NCBI GenBank assembly: GCA_043800705.1
Contig: JAZDMS010000012.1
Coordinates: 1 to 29,337 of the forward strand
DNA: 29,337 nucleotides
Direction of reading: 5' to 3'
Source: Candidatus Altiarchaeota archaeon
Lineage (GTDB): Archaea; Altiarchaeota; Altiarchaeia; IMC4; SCGC-AAA252-I15
Numbering within the stretch: position 1 is the stretch's first letter; every line of letters begins with the position of its first letter. This document shows, one piece after another, positions 9,180 through 17,790 of the stretch. A program made the position numbers and the translations under genes. Under the pieces are notes generated by a model. It saw only the letters and a program-made list of their open reading frames with translations. It ran no database searches and had not been told where the DNA came from.

Positions 9180-9752
9180 ATGGCTCAGCTCACCGCCGGC
9201 AACATCGGGAATACCTACAACAATGAGTATGTGTTGAGCGTCGATAGGGCCAAAAAGCGCGAAACACTCCTTCTGGCGGTCCCTTTCCTGGACCGGGTCG
9301 GGAAGGAGATGGCTGACAGGGGCTACGACGCCAAAGAGGCCGTCCCCCGCCTGATGACTGCGGCGCACGACCTCGTATTCGACGTGATCGAGTATTGCGA
9401 GCCAGCCAAGGAAGGCGGCATGCCGACAATTGTCATGAAGGCTTCTGTAGACGCGGATGTGGCGAGGATATATTTCGTCTGGAACCAGAGCATGGGCGTC
9501 GACCTCATGGCAATAGCAAAAAAGGAGAAAGAGGACCTCGATGCGCTGGTGGGCGAGGGGGCTCTAAGCGCCGAACTCGACGGTAGGGCGGATTACGGAG
9601 CGACGCGGAAGGCACAGGGACGCCTCGACGGCATGAGCATGGGACTTGCCCTAGTGGCCGGATTGGCAGACAGATTCGACGAGTTCTACGATCCGGTCAG
9701 AAAACTTAAAACTGTGACCTTGGCGGTCCGGAGGCTGAAGGATGGAGCTTAA
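9180..9752 (+). CDS. Hypothetical protein with a degenerate RsbW/SpoIIAB-like (GHKL) fold
   Basis: LMTAAHDLVFDVIEY resembles the N-box helix; GMSMGLALVAGLADRF...TVTL resembles the G2-box tail. Abuts or overlaps both AcnX genes. Confidence 0.5.
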   Translation: MAQLTAGNIGNTYNNEYVLSVDRAKKRETLLLAVPFLDRVGKEMADRGYDAKEAVPRLMTAAHDLVFDVIEYCEPAKEGGMPTIVMKASVDADVARIYFVWNQSMGVDLMAIAKKEKEDLDALVGEGALSAELDGRADYGATRKAQGRLDGMSMGLALVAGLADRFDEFYDPVRKLKTVTLAVRRLKDGA

Positions 9753-10125
9753 GGGCAGGATAATCAACAAAGGGACCGTCGAAGGCATAGCCTTAGTGAC
9801 GAAGGATCCCATCTCGTTCTACGGCGGAGTAGACCCAAAGACGGGCATAATCTCAGACAAGGACAATGAGCTCAACGGCCAGAGCATCAGGGGGAAGGTG
9901 CTCGTTTTCCCGTTCGGGAAGGGCTCCACAGTCGGCCCATACACCATCTACCAGCTGGCGAAGCTTGGCAACGCCCCTTTGGCGATGGTCAACAAAGAAT
10001 GCGAGACCATCGTCGCTGTGGGCTGCATCATCGCCGACATACCCGCGGTCGACCGGATAGACCTAACAAAGATCAAGACCGGGCAGAAGGTCAGAATAGA
10101 CGGGGAAAAGGTTTCTATTATATGA
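9742..10125 (+). CDS. Aconitase X swivel subunit (DUF126), probably phosphomevalonate dehydratase small subunit
   Basis: ISFYGGVDPKTG, GKVLVFP.GKGSTVG and E.IVAVG.II..IP motifs. Confidence 0.92.
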   Translation: MELKGRIINKGTVEGIALVTKDPISFYGGVDPKTGIISDKDNELNGQSIRGKVLVFPFGKGSTVGPYTIYQLAKLGNAPLAMVNKECETIVAVGCIIADIPAVDRIDLTKIKTGQKVRIDGEKVSII

Positions 10126-10129
10126 ATGT

Positions 10130-10170
10130 GGGGGGAAGTTGTCGCCCAATCCCGGCGCGATATCCCCCCC
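10130..10170. terminator. GC-rich hairpin between convergent genes
   Basis: GGGGGGA (10130-10136) pairs with TCCCCCC (10163-10169), with an inner CGCC/GGCG stem. Confidence 0.35.
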
Positions 10171-10184
10171 TCCTCGGTGGTTGA

Positions 10185-10871
10185 CTAGTTAGCCTTCTCC
10201 ATCAGCGGGCAGGCTGTCACCGTCGGCTGCCCGGGGCACTCCTTGACGATGCAGCCGTTGCCGGCAGTATATGTGTTGCAGGCTTGGCTGCATACGAAGC
10301 CGACCTTCTCGTCGTTCCCGTCTATCGTCGTCGTCCCGTATCCTCCGCAACTTGACTTCCACGTCACAGTCTCGCCCTTGCCGCCTGAGACCTTCATGCT
10401 GCAGCTTGCCGTACCCTGCGCCGGGCAGACTTTCCCTTCCTTGCAGCCTGTAGGGTGGGCGGTACATCCGCCAAGTTCGCTGTAGCATTTCTGCGGCTGG
10501 TAGGTGTTCTGGAATATGCACGTCACCTGTTCTGCGACCTGCGGGCACTCCTTCGTCTCGACGCCGTTGCATACCGTCACCTTGCATCCGTTCTCGTCGA
10601 CGTATGATGTGCATAAGGTCTGGCACTGCTTCATCGAGAAGCCGTCGTCGCAGACTATGCTAATACAGCCCCCATAGGACGTCTTCTGGCAGGCTATGGG
10701 CCTTACCGGCATCGTCTCTGTCGGCATCGGCCTTGGCACCGCCGATATGGCCGCGCTCTGGCCGATGTTTGCCATCGTCTCTTGCACTGCTTTGTTCGTC
10801 TGCGCGAACGCGTAACCAGACGAGACCAAACCCACTATGGCCAAAATGGCCAATAAGCTGTTTCTACCCAT
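10185..10871 (-). CDS. Secreted cysteine-rich repeat protein
   Basis: Signal peptide; repeated C..Y...(N/G)GC....C.G.....C modules; AGGTGA RBS. Confidence 0.75.
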   Translation of the reverse strand: MGRNSLLAILAIVGLVSSGYAFAQTNKAVQETMANIGQSAAISAVPRPMPTETMPVRPIACQKTSYGGCISIVCDDGFSMKQCQTLCTSYVDENGCKVTVCNGVETKECPQVAEQVTCIFQNTYQPQKCYSELGGCTAHPTGCKEGKVCPAQGTASCSMKVSGGKGETVTWKSSCGGYGTTTIDGNDEKVGFVCSQACNTYTAGNGCIVKECPGQPTVTACPLMEKAN

Positions 10872-10982
10872 ATTGTCACCTTACAAATCGTCTGATAGGA
10901 TATCCTCGCCGCTTTATAAGGTGCTGTCGGTTTTGTTCGGTTTTGGCCGAAGAAAAAAAGGACCGCGTAAGAGGGCTTTCCC

Positions 10983-11915
10983 CTAAACCCCTATCTTGGT
11001 CCTGTAGGCCTCATATCCTTCCTTCTCGATGGCATTCGCGACCTTCTCCTGCAGGACTTTCCCGGGAGTGAGGGCGATCATGAGGCCTCCCCGTCCGGTG
11101 CCTGTAAGTTTCGCGCCGAGTGCGCCGTTTTCATTCGCCGCATCGACGAGTTCTTCGAGTTCGTCGCAGCTGAGGCCCATCTCCTGGAGCAGTTCGTGGT
11201 TCTTGTCCATGAGGTAGCCGACGGCTTTCATGTCGCCCTTAAGCAGTGACGCCTTGGCTGCGGCCGCTATCTCGGAGTAGTCTGAGAATATTTTGTCGTA
11301 TTTTTTTCTGTCAGCCTCTCTCGCATTTTTCACGTCCTCCACGACCTCCTTCGTCGATGACGTCAGTCCTGTGTTGCCGAGGACGATCTCGACGGGTTTC
11401 GGCATCCTGAGGAGGTCCATCGTGTTGGCGCCGCCGGAGAGGTTCTTCTGAAACCATATGAGGCCGCCGTATACGGCTGCCGTATTGTCTATGCCCGAGG
11501 GCTTGCCGTGGTATCCTTTCTCGCCTTCGTATGCGACCTCGTTGATCCTCGGCTCGTCGTAGCCGAGGCCGAAGTGCTCGTTCAATGCTCGGGCGATGGC
11601 AGCCGCGGAGGCTGCCGACGCTCCGACGCCGGATGCGGCCTTGAGGTCGCCTGCGAGCGTGACCTTGAGCGGGGTCTTTTCGATGTCGATGCCGCAGGCC
11701 TCGTATATGAGTTTGTTGGACTGCACCTGCTCGTCGTATTTCTCCTTCTTGTATCCTGGCGTGGCGGGCCTTTCGTCTACGAGCTCGTATTTGACGGAGT
11801 CCTCGACTGTGGCGGTGGTCTTGCTGGCGAGCGCGGACGCTATCGCAGGAAATCCGTAGACGACGAAGTGTTCCCCGAACAGTATGGTCTTCCCGTAGCC
11901 GATGCCTGATGACAT
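10983..11915 (-). CDS. mvk: Mevalonate kinase
   Basis: GKTILFGEHFVVYG, SGVGASAA, HGKPSGIDN and GAKLTGTGRGG GHMP-kinase motifs. Confidence 0.93.
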   Translation of the reverse strand: MSSGIGYGKTILFGEHFVVYGFPAIASALASKTTATVEDSVKYELVDERPATPGYKKEKYDEQVQSNKLIYEACGIDIEKTPLKVTLAGDLKAASGVGASAASAAAIARALNEHFGLGYDEPRINEVAYEGEKGYHGKPSGIDNTAAVYGGLIWFQKNLSGGANTMDLLRMPKPVEIVLGNTGLTSSTKEVVEDVKNAREADRKKYDKIFSDYSEIAAAAKASLLKGDMKAVGYLMDKNHELLQEMGLSCDELEELVDAANENGALGAKLTGTGRGGLMIALTPGKVLQEKVANAIEKEGYEAYRTKIGV

Positions 11916-11947
11916 GGTAGATACAATCTGCGGGCGAAGATAAAAAT

Positions 11948-12163
11948 TCAGAGGTATTCGCCTAGCCTTCTTTGCTTCATCCTCTGCCTGCAGACCCTAC
12001 AGAGCTTTAGGCCTCTCTTTTCGGCCTTTTCGCGGGTTTTGAACCTTAGCTGGTTTTCCTTCAGTATCTGCTTCTGGTGGTGGCATCCGGCGCCTGTGGC
12101 GTGGAATAGGCCGTTTTCGGATTTGAGGCTTGAGATGTAGATCTGTTTCGCCAACGCCGCCAC
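11948..12163 (-). CDS. Small Ada-type zinc-binding-like protein with a C-terminal PIP-box-like motif
   Basis: FH.....C.....I...N...F.TRE.A...G...C..C pattern; ends QRRLGEYL; GTG start. Confidence 0.55.
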   Translation of the reverse strand: MAALAKQIYISSLKSENGLFHATGAGCHHQKQILKENQLRFKTREKAEKRGLKLCRVCRQRMKQRRLGEYL

Positions 12164-12188
12164 CTTGGAGTATATTGTGAACGTCCTA

Positions 12189-13142
12189 TTAAATGGGGTG
12201 GGCCCCTTCTGCGACCTTGTAGTGGCGGTATTTGAGGTTGTTGTCTTTCAGTTCGCGGGTGACCTCCCGGCTGTATTGGTGGAGTGTGAAGACGTAGACT
12301 GCGCTTCCGCCTGCGACGGTCCAGTATGCGGGGATCTTCCTCTCCCTCATCCCGAGGACGAGGTTGATGGCCTCCCCCATCTGCGGCTTTATCACGTCCA
12401 TCCCCATCTCGCTGAACATGGTGTGGACGGTCCTGGCTTCGGCCTCTGCTATCTTCATGAAGCCCAGAAGGTCGTTGCCGTCGACGAAGCTTTGCAGGTT
12501 TCTCAGGCGTTCCTCGACCTGCTTGGTTCGCTTCGGATGGTCCTTGTGCCTCGTGACCATGAGGTGGAGGTTGTCTGCGGGGAAACGCTTCAGTTCAGGG
12601 AACGGTATCGCGTATATCATGAGGTCGTTGAAGAATGAGGCGTCCTTCACCTGGTGCGCCCTGATGTTGCCTTTGGCGTCGACTTCGCATATTGAAAGGC
12701 CTCCTATGAGGCTACGGTATGCGGTCTCGCTGACGGGTTTGGCGAGCTCTATGAGGCGCGTCATCGGCGAGCCGAGTTCGAGGAGGTCGTCGACGGCGGA
12801 AACGAGCGCCGCCGCGCCGGAATCGCTCGAGCCTGTTAGGATGTCGTGGTTGACGGACTGCACGGATGCTCCTGTTCGTTCCGCGGCGAGGGGCAGCATG
12901 TCCCTGATTATCTCGACGGCTGCCAATGCGCGACCTTCCGCCGGGGCTGCTCCGTTGAGGCTGAATGCGGGCTCCTCATCCGTGAGGGAGGCCGATGTCT
13001 CCGTCTTTGCGTTGTGGTGTATGTCGGTGACCGCGATGCTGGCGTGGTTGTGGGCCGATATCCGAAGCCGGGAATCCCTGAACCCTTCCGCGAACACGAT
13101 AGGCAGGCCCGGATAGGCCACCGCCTTGGCGTGCGCTTTCAT
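12189..13142 (-). CDS. Diphosphomevalonate decarboxylase superfamily member, mevalonate-3-kinase-like
   Basis: AYP start, ILTGSSDSGAAA, SETAYRSLIGGL, R.P.D..H and VAGGSAVYV resemble Thermoplasma mevalonate-3-kinase as I recall it; lacks the NIALIKYWGK and DAGPN motifs of true decarboxylases. Confidence 0.75.
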   Translation of the reverse strand: MKAHAKAVAYPGLPIVFAEGFRDSRLRISAHNHASIAVTDIHHNAKTETSASLTDEEPAFSLNGAAPAEGRALAAVEIIRDMLPLAAERTGASVQSVNHDILTGSSDSGAAALVSAVDDLLELGSPMTRLIELAKPVSETAYRSLIGGLSICEVDAKGNIRAHQVKDASFFNDLMIYAIPFPELKRFPADNLHLMVTRHKDHPKRTKQVEERLRNLQSFVDGNDLLGFMKIAEAEARTVHTMFSEMGMDVIKPQMGEAINLVLGMRERKIPAYWTVAGGSAVYVFTLHQYSREVTRELKDNNLKYRHYKVAEGAHPI

Positions 13143-13176
13143 ATGGTTTTATTGGACGTGTGACAATATATCTGCC

Positions 13177-13833
13177 GTGCCTGCCGCCATATTCGACCAG
13201 GATGGGACCCTCGTAGACCTCTTTGAGCTGCATTTGAAGGGCTTTCAGGAGGTTTTAAGGGGTAGGTTCGGCCTTGAGTTCGGGCGTGAAGACCTGGCAA
13301 AATATTATGGCAAGACCGGGGAGGAAATAATGCGGAGTTTTCTCTCCAAGCACGGCGTATCTGCTGATCCCCGCCCTTTGGCTGTGCGCAGGAGGCAGTG
13401 GGTCGTAGACAACATCGGATATTGCAGGGTCCTGCCCGGAGTCACGAACCTTCTTGAAGGGCTCCGAGAGGCTGGGGTCCCTATGGCGGTCGGAACGTCC
13501 AACACCAGTGAGCTTGCCGGGGCGATCCTGAAGTCCTGCGGCTTGGACGGTTTCTTCGCATGCGTCTCCTGCAGGGACGATACGTTGAGGGGGAAGCCTG
13601 CGCCGGACGTGTTCCTGTCCGCAGCCAAAGGGCTTGGAGTCGTTCCTTCCGAGTGTGTGGTGGTGGAGGACTCAGTCTTCGGCGTCCAGGCCGCAAAGGC
13701 TGCGGGGATGAGGTCGATCGCGGTCTCGACCGGCATGCACACACGCAGGGAGCTTGAGGGGGAGGGCCCGGATATGCTCGTTTATTCGCTCTCCGAAGTG
13801 GCTGCCGCCACCGTGGTCAACCTCTTTAAATGA
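13177..13833 (+). CDS. HAD-IA phosphatase (beta-phosphoglucomutase/CbbY-like)
   Basis: IFDQDGTLVD, GKPAPDVF and VVEDS..GVQAAKAAGM motifs; GTG start chosen to avoid overlapping the divergent gene. Confidence 0.88.
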   Translation: MPAAIFDQDGTLVDLFELHLKGFQEVLRGRFGLEFGREDLAKYYGKTGEEIMRSFLSKHGVSADPRPLAVRRRQWVVDNIGYCRVLPGVTNLLEGLREAGVPMAVGTSNTSELAGAILKSCGLDGFFACVSCRDDTLRGKPAPDVFLSAAKGLGVVPSECVVVEDSVFGVQAAKAAGMRSIAVSTGMHTRRELEGEGPDMLVYSLSEVAAATVVNLFK

Positions 13834-13851
13834 GAAATGCTATCTATTAAG

Positions 13852-14271
13852 ATGCGAGCGGCTGCGATAATCATGTTGGCGTTGTCAGTCTGCGGCTGCA
13901 TTAGCCAGGATGCGGAGATCAAGCCGGACGATGCGAAGATGAACGCACTGTTCGCGAATGCGCTGGGGCAGGGGAACAAACCGGCCGAGACTTCAACGAC
14001 CATGTTCCAGCAGGCCACCGCTGACGGGGGCATAGCTGCGACGGTAGAATCTTCGTCGACGACTCAAACCTTGCAGACAACTTCTTCGACGGTCCAGCCA
14101 TCTACAACGACGTCGACTCTACTGAGGACCATAGAGTGTAAGGCAATAGAGAATGCGATGGGTCAGAAAGACTGCGATAAGGGATACTGCAACCAGACCG
14201 GGATGACGTGTCACTATTTCCAGGGGACCCTGTTGAAGGCCGGACGATGCGTGTGCATGCTGCGGAATTGA
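13852..14271 (+). CDS. Secreted or lipoprotein with Ser/Thr-rich linker and C-terminal Cys-rich domain
   Basis: MRAAAIIMLALSVCGC lipobox-like signal, Thr/Ser tract, 6 C-terminal cysteines; alternative start at 13837. Confidence 0.7.
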   Translation: MRAAAIIMLALSVCGCISQDAEIKPDDAKMNALFANALGQGNKPAETSTTMFQQATADGGIAATVESSSTTQTLQTTSSTVQPSTTTSTLLRTIECKAIENAMGQKDCDKGYCNQTGMTCHYFQGTLLKAGRCVCMLRN

Positions 14272-14310
14272 CAGTCTAGGGATTTTCTGGGCCTCAGCTC
14301 CTTTGTAGTT

Positions 14311-15357
14311 TCACTTCCTGAGTTCTGGCATGACTATGTTCGCATAGTTCAGCGCGACTACCAGGATCATCGGGCCGAGGAAGAGTCCTGAGAGGCCGAA
14401 GGCTGCGGGGCCGAGGAGGTAGGCCATGAGCATCAGTCCCGGGTGTATGCGTCTGCCTGTGACTCTGGGCTTGAACATGAAGTTGGGTACCCAGTCGACT
14501 AGGACGACCGTGGCTGCGGCGAAGGCCACGACAAACCAGAGGTCCGAGCCGATCCTGCCGTTGACGGCGGCCCAGGCTGCGAGGACGCCGATCGCAGGCA
14601 TCCAGAAGAGGACGACGCCTATCATGGGGACGAGGCTCGTGACCCCGCAGACCATCGCCAGAAGCAGCGGGTACGGGAGGGCCATACCTGGCGGAGCAAT
14701 CATGTTGAGCAGAGAGAACACAAGGCCCGCCATGAACGCTATGAAGAAGGCGGTGAAGATGTTACCCATGAAAACCCTGTGGATGTCGGCGTCGACGGCC
14801 TTCAGGTATCTGTCGGCAAGGTCCCGCTCACCCCTGTAGATGTCTTCGACGATCCATCTCCTCAGCCGGTGCCCGTCCATGAGCAGGTACAGGGCTATGG
14901 TGAACATCAGCATCACCTTGAATATCATTCCCATGGCGTTGAACAGGATCATGCCGGCTATCGGCCAGGCCTGCTGGATGTTCTTGTCATCCCGGATCAG
15001 CGTCATCAACTCTCCTGGGGTCATGTTTGCCATGATGGACGAGTACTTCGCGGTCGCCTTTTCTATGACGTCCAGGTACGGTATGTTGGATGCGGACGTC
15101 AGATGCGACAGCTCGATGGCGGCTGCGCCAAGGCCGTATAGGAAGACGACAGTGACCGGCAGAAGGAGGATGAAGAGGGATATGAAAGCGCTTGCAGCCT
15201 TAGATCTGAACCTCTTCAGGAGTCTGTCGTAGATCGGCCTCCCGATGTAGTAGACGAATATGGCAAAGACGAGGACGTCGGCGACGTTCACGACCATGGC
15301 GTAGATGAGGAATGCTATGGCGGCGCCCAGGACCAGCCAGGTATTCCTGTTTTTCAT
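14311..15357 (-). CDS. AI-2E family transporter (UPF0118)
   Basis: Multiple transmembrane helices; YLLMDG, LVPMIG and KP...GRRIHP......L.G...FG..GLFLGP motifs; GGAGGT upstream. Confidence 0.88.
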   Translation of the reverse strand: MKNRNTWLVLGAAIAFLIYAMVVNVADVLVFAIFVYYIGRPIYDRLLKRFRSKAASAFISLFILLLPVTVVFLYGLGAAAIELSHLTSASNIPYLDVIEKATAKYSSIMANMTPGELMTLIRDDKNIQQAWPIAGMILFNAMGMIFKVMLMFTIALYLLMDGHRLRRWIVEDIYRGERDLADRYLKAVDADIHRVFMGNIFTAFFIAFMAGLVFSLLNMIAPPGMALPYPLLLAMVCGVTSLVPMIGVVLFWMPAIGVLAAWAAVNGRIGSDLWFVVAFAAATVVLVDWVPNFMFKPRVTGRRIHPGLMLMAYLLGPAAFGLSGLFLGPMILVVALNYANIVMPELRK

Positions 15358-15408
15358 GTTTAGGATTTACCCCTGGAGGTAATAAAACATGCCGCCCTAG
15401 ATTAAGCC

Positions 15409-16563
15409 ATGGGCGGATACGATCTGGTTGTGGCGGGTGCGGGCCCCGCCGGGCTGACGCTGGCTTGGAAGGCATGCGATCGCGGGCTTAGAGTCCTCGT
15501 CTTCGACAGGAAAAAGGACTCCTCGGACATAGCGTATACCACGTCGGGCAGCTTCATAGACCTTGATCATTGGGGCCTTCCCGCGGACGTCGCTCACCCC
15601 ATCGACGGGATACGCTTCTCATCGGACGGGGCCTGCCTAGAAGGGCGGGGGAAGGCGTGCGTCATCAGAAGGAGGCGCCTCTTGGCGGAGCTCGAGAATC
15701 GGTGCGTCAGCCTCGGCGCGGACATCAGATACTCGTGCTCGGCAAAGAAGGTGGAAGTCGATGGCGGAAAAATATCGGGGGTCGGGTTATCCGACGGTTC
15801 CGATTTGAAATCGACACTTTACGCCGACTGCTCAGGCCTCGGCCAGGTCTTCAACAGGGCTCTTCCGGTATTCACCGGCAAACCGACGCAGGCGCTGGGC
15901 TTCGAGTACATCGTGACATTGAAGGCCGAGCCATCGATCGCCGAGCTGTACATGGGCAGGGCAGTCAGGGGAGGATACGGGTGGCTCTTCCCTCTGAGCG
16001 ACAAGGAGGCGATAGTCGGGGCCGGGACGCTGAGGAGGGAGCTCTTTCCGAAGATCAGGGACATGCTCGATAGCATGCTTGCCCTTCCGAGATTCAGGGC
16101 GCGCATAGAACTCACGCCGATAGAGTCCCACTCCGGAATCTTCAACACCGGCCACCCGCTCAGATGCTTCCATCGGGGCAACCTCTTCCTCGTCGGAGAC
16201 GTCGCATTGCAGGGCAATCCCGCCGCGGGGGAGGGGGTCCGGTTCGTAATGGATGCCGCAGACATGGCGGCGAATGCCGCGTATGATGCGGTAAAATCAG
16301 AAGACCTGTCAATGTTGGCCGGATACAGCAAAGCATGGGTCAAGAAATATTATTCCCCCTTCAGGATGAATTATCTGCTCCAGAAGGCGCTTGTCTGGTT
16401 ATCAGAACATGATAGTGTCCTTGACTTCACAATCCGGACCGGCGCGAAAGCCAGCGATGACACGCTCATCACCCTCATCAAAGGGGGGGCCGATCCGGGA
16501 TTCCTCTTGAGAAAGCTGCCGAAACTAGTGTATAAGCCGTTTTCCAGCCGAAAGCGTGATTGA
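15409..16563 (+). CDS. Geranylgeranyl reductase family FAD-dependent oxidoreductase
   Basis: VVAGAGPAG, GGYGWLFP and VGD.A...NP..GEG motifs. Confidence 0.85.
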   Translation: MGGYDLVVAGAGPAGLTLAWKACDRGLRVLVFDRKKDSSDIAYTTSGSFIDLDHWGLPADVAHPIDGIRFSSDGACLEGRGKACVIRRRRLLAELENRCVSLGADIRYSCSAKKVEVDGGKISGVGLSDGSDLKSTLYADCSGLGQVFNRALPVFTGKPTQALGFEYIVTLKAEPSIAELYMGRAVRGGYGWLFPLSDKEAIVGAGTLRRELFPKIRDMLDSMLALPRFRARIELTPIESHSGIFNTGHPLRCFHRGNLFLVGDVALQGNPAAGEGVRFVMDAADMAANAAYDAVKSEDLSMLAGYSKAWVKKYYSPFRMNYLLQKALVWLSEHDSVLDFTIRTGAKASDDTLITLIKGGADPGFLLRKLPKLVYKPFSSRKRD

Positions 16564-16580
16564 CCCCTCTCATCGTCGCC

Positions 16581-17789
16581 CTATTCGTATCTTAATGCCT
16601 CGACGGGCTTCAGTTTGCTTGCCTGCCCTGCAGGAAGAACCCCCGACAGGCTGCCTACTACGAAGCTGAATGCCAGTGCGCCGAATATCAGCTGCCAGGA
16701 CGTGTTCGCCCTCAACAGGTCGTTTCCGAGCACGGCCTGGCCGACGTATTCGACGGACTTGCTCATGGCGAGCCCCATCACGATCCCGATCGCTCCGCCG
16801 ACGGTGCCGAGGACGCCGGCCTCTATGAGGAACAGCCATCTGATGTCGCTGTTTCTTGCCCCGATGGCCTTCATCACCCCTATCTCCCTCGTCCGCTCCA
16901 GCACGCTGGTGTACATGGTGTTCATTATGCCTATGCCGCCTACCATGAGGGATATGAGCGCGATCCCGACGAGGAAGGCCTGGACGGTGTTGAGGATCCC
17001 CCCGACGCTCTCGAGGAGCTGTTCTGATGTCTGGACCATGAAGTCCTCCTCGCCCTCCTTCTGGTTCCTGTCCTTGCGCATCTTCGCCTTTATGTCCTCC
17101 GCCACCTTGGAGATGTCCGCTCCCTGGCGAGCCTTCACGATAAGCTGGTTGTAGTCCTTGTCTTTGAACAGTTCCTCTGCGGTGTCGAGGGGGATGTATA
17201 CGTTCTTGTCGTCTTCAGGGTTCCCGACCTTATCCATGATGCCCACGACCTTGAACTCGGTGTCGTCTATCCTGATATTGTCGTTCAATTTCACGTTCTT
17301 GTGCTTCAGGAAGTCGCCGTGGGCGAGCGTGTACCCGACCGCGACCGAATGCTTGTCGGTCGGATAGAACCTGTTGCGCCCCTCTATGGTCTTGAAGGTG
17401 CTCATCCCCTCGATGACGTCGAACCTGCTGTCGGTGGGCGTTCCGATGACGATGGTATAGGCGACCTCCTTCTGGAATGTTATCTTGGATAGTTTTACGA
17501 TGAAAGGCGCCGCGTTGTCCACGCCGTTGACGCTCCTTATCAGGTCCTCGTCGTGCCTAGTCAGCTTGCTTGAGCCGAAGCTCTCGAATCCGGAGCCTGG
17601 CATGACCAATATTATGTCCGTCCCCATGCTCGCGAACTGGGTGTCTATCGCGTCCTTCAGTCCCTGGCCGAGCGATATGAGCGAGACGACGGCGGCGATG
17701 CCGATGAATATCCCTATCATCGTCAGCCAGCTGCGTATTCCCTTCTTCGTTATGTTGCTGAGGGCGATCCTGAAGTATTCGGTTTTCAT
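16581..17789 (-). CDS. MacB/FtsX-type ABC transporter permease
   Basis: RSWLTMIGIFIGIAAVV, GIMNTMYTSVLERTREIGVMKAIGA and PVEALRYE motifs. Confidence 0.93.
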   Translation of the reverse strand: MKTEYFRIALSNITKKGIRSWLTMIGIFIGIAAVVSLISLGQGLKDAIDTQFASMGTDIILVMPGSGFESFGSSKLTRHDEDLIRSVNGVDNAAPFIVKLSKITFQKEVAYTIVIGTPTDSRFDVIEGMSTFKTIEGRNRFYPTDKHSVAVGYTLAHGDFLKHKNVKLNDNIRIDDTEFKVVGIMDKVGNPEDDKNVYIPLDTAEELFKDKDYNQLIVKARQGADISKVAEDIKAKMRKDRNQKEGEEDFMVQTSEQLLESVGGILNTVQAFLVGIALISLMVGGIGIMNTMYTSVLERTREIGVMKAIGARNSDIRWLFLIEAGVLGTVGGAIGIVMGLAMSKSVEYVGQAVLGNDLLRANTSWQLIFGALAFSFVVGSLSGVLPAGQASKLKPVEALRYE

Positions 17790-17790
17790 C

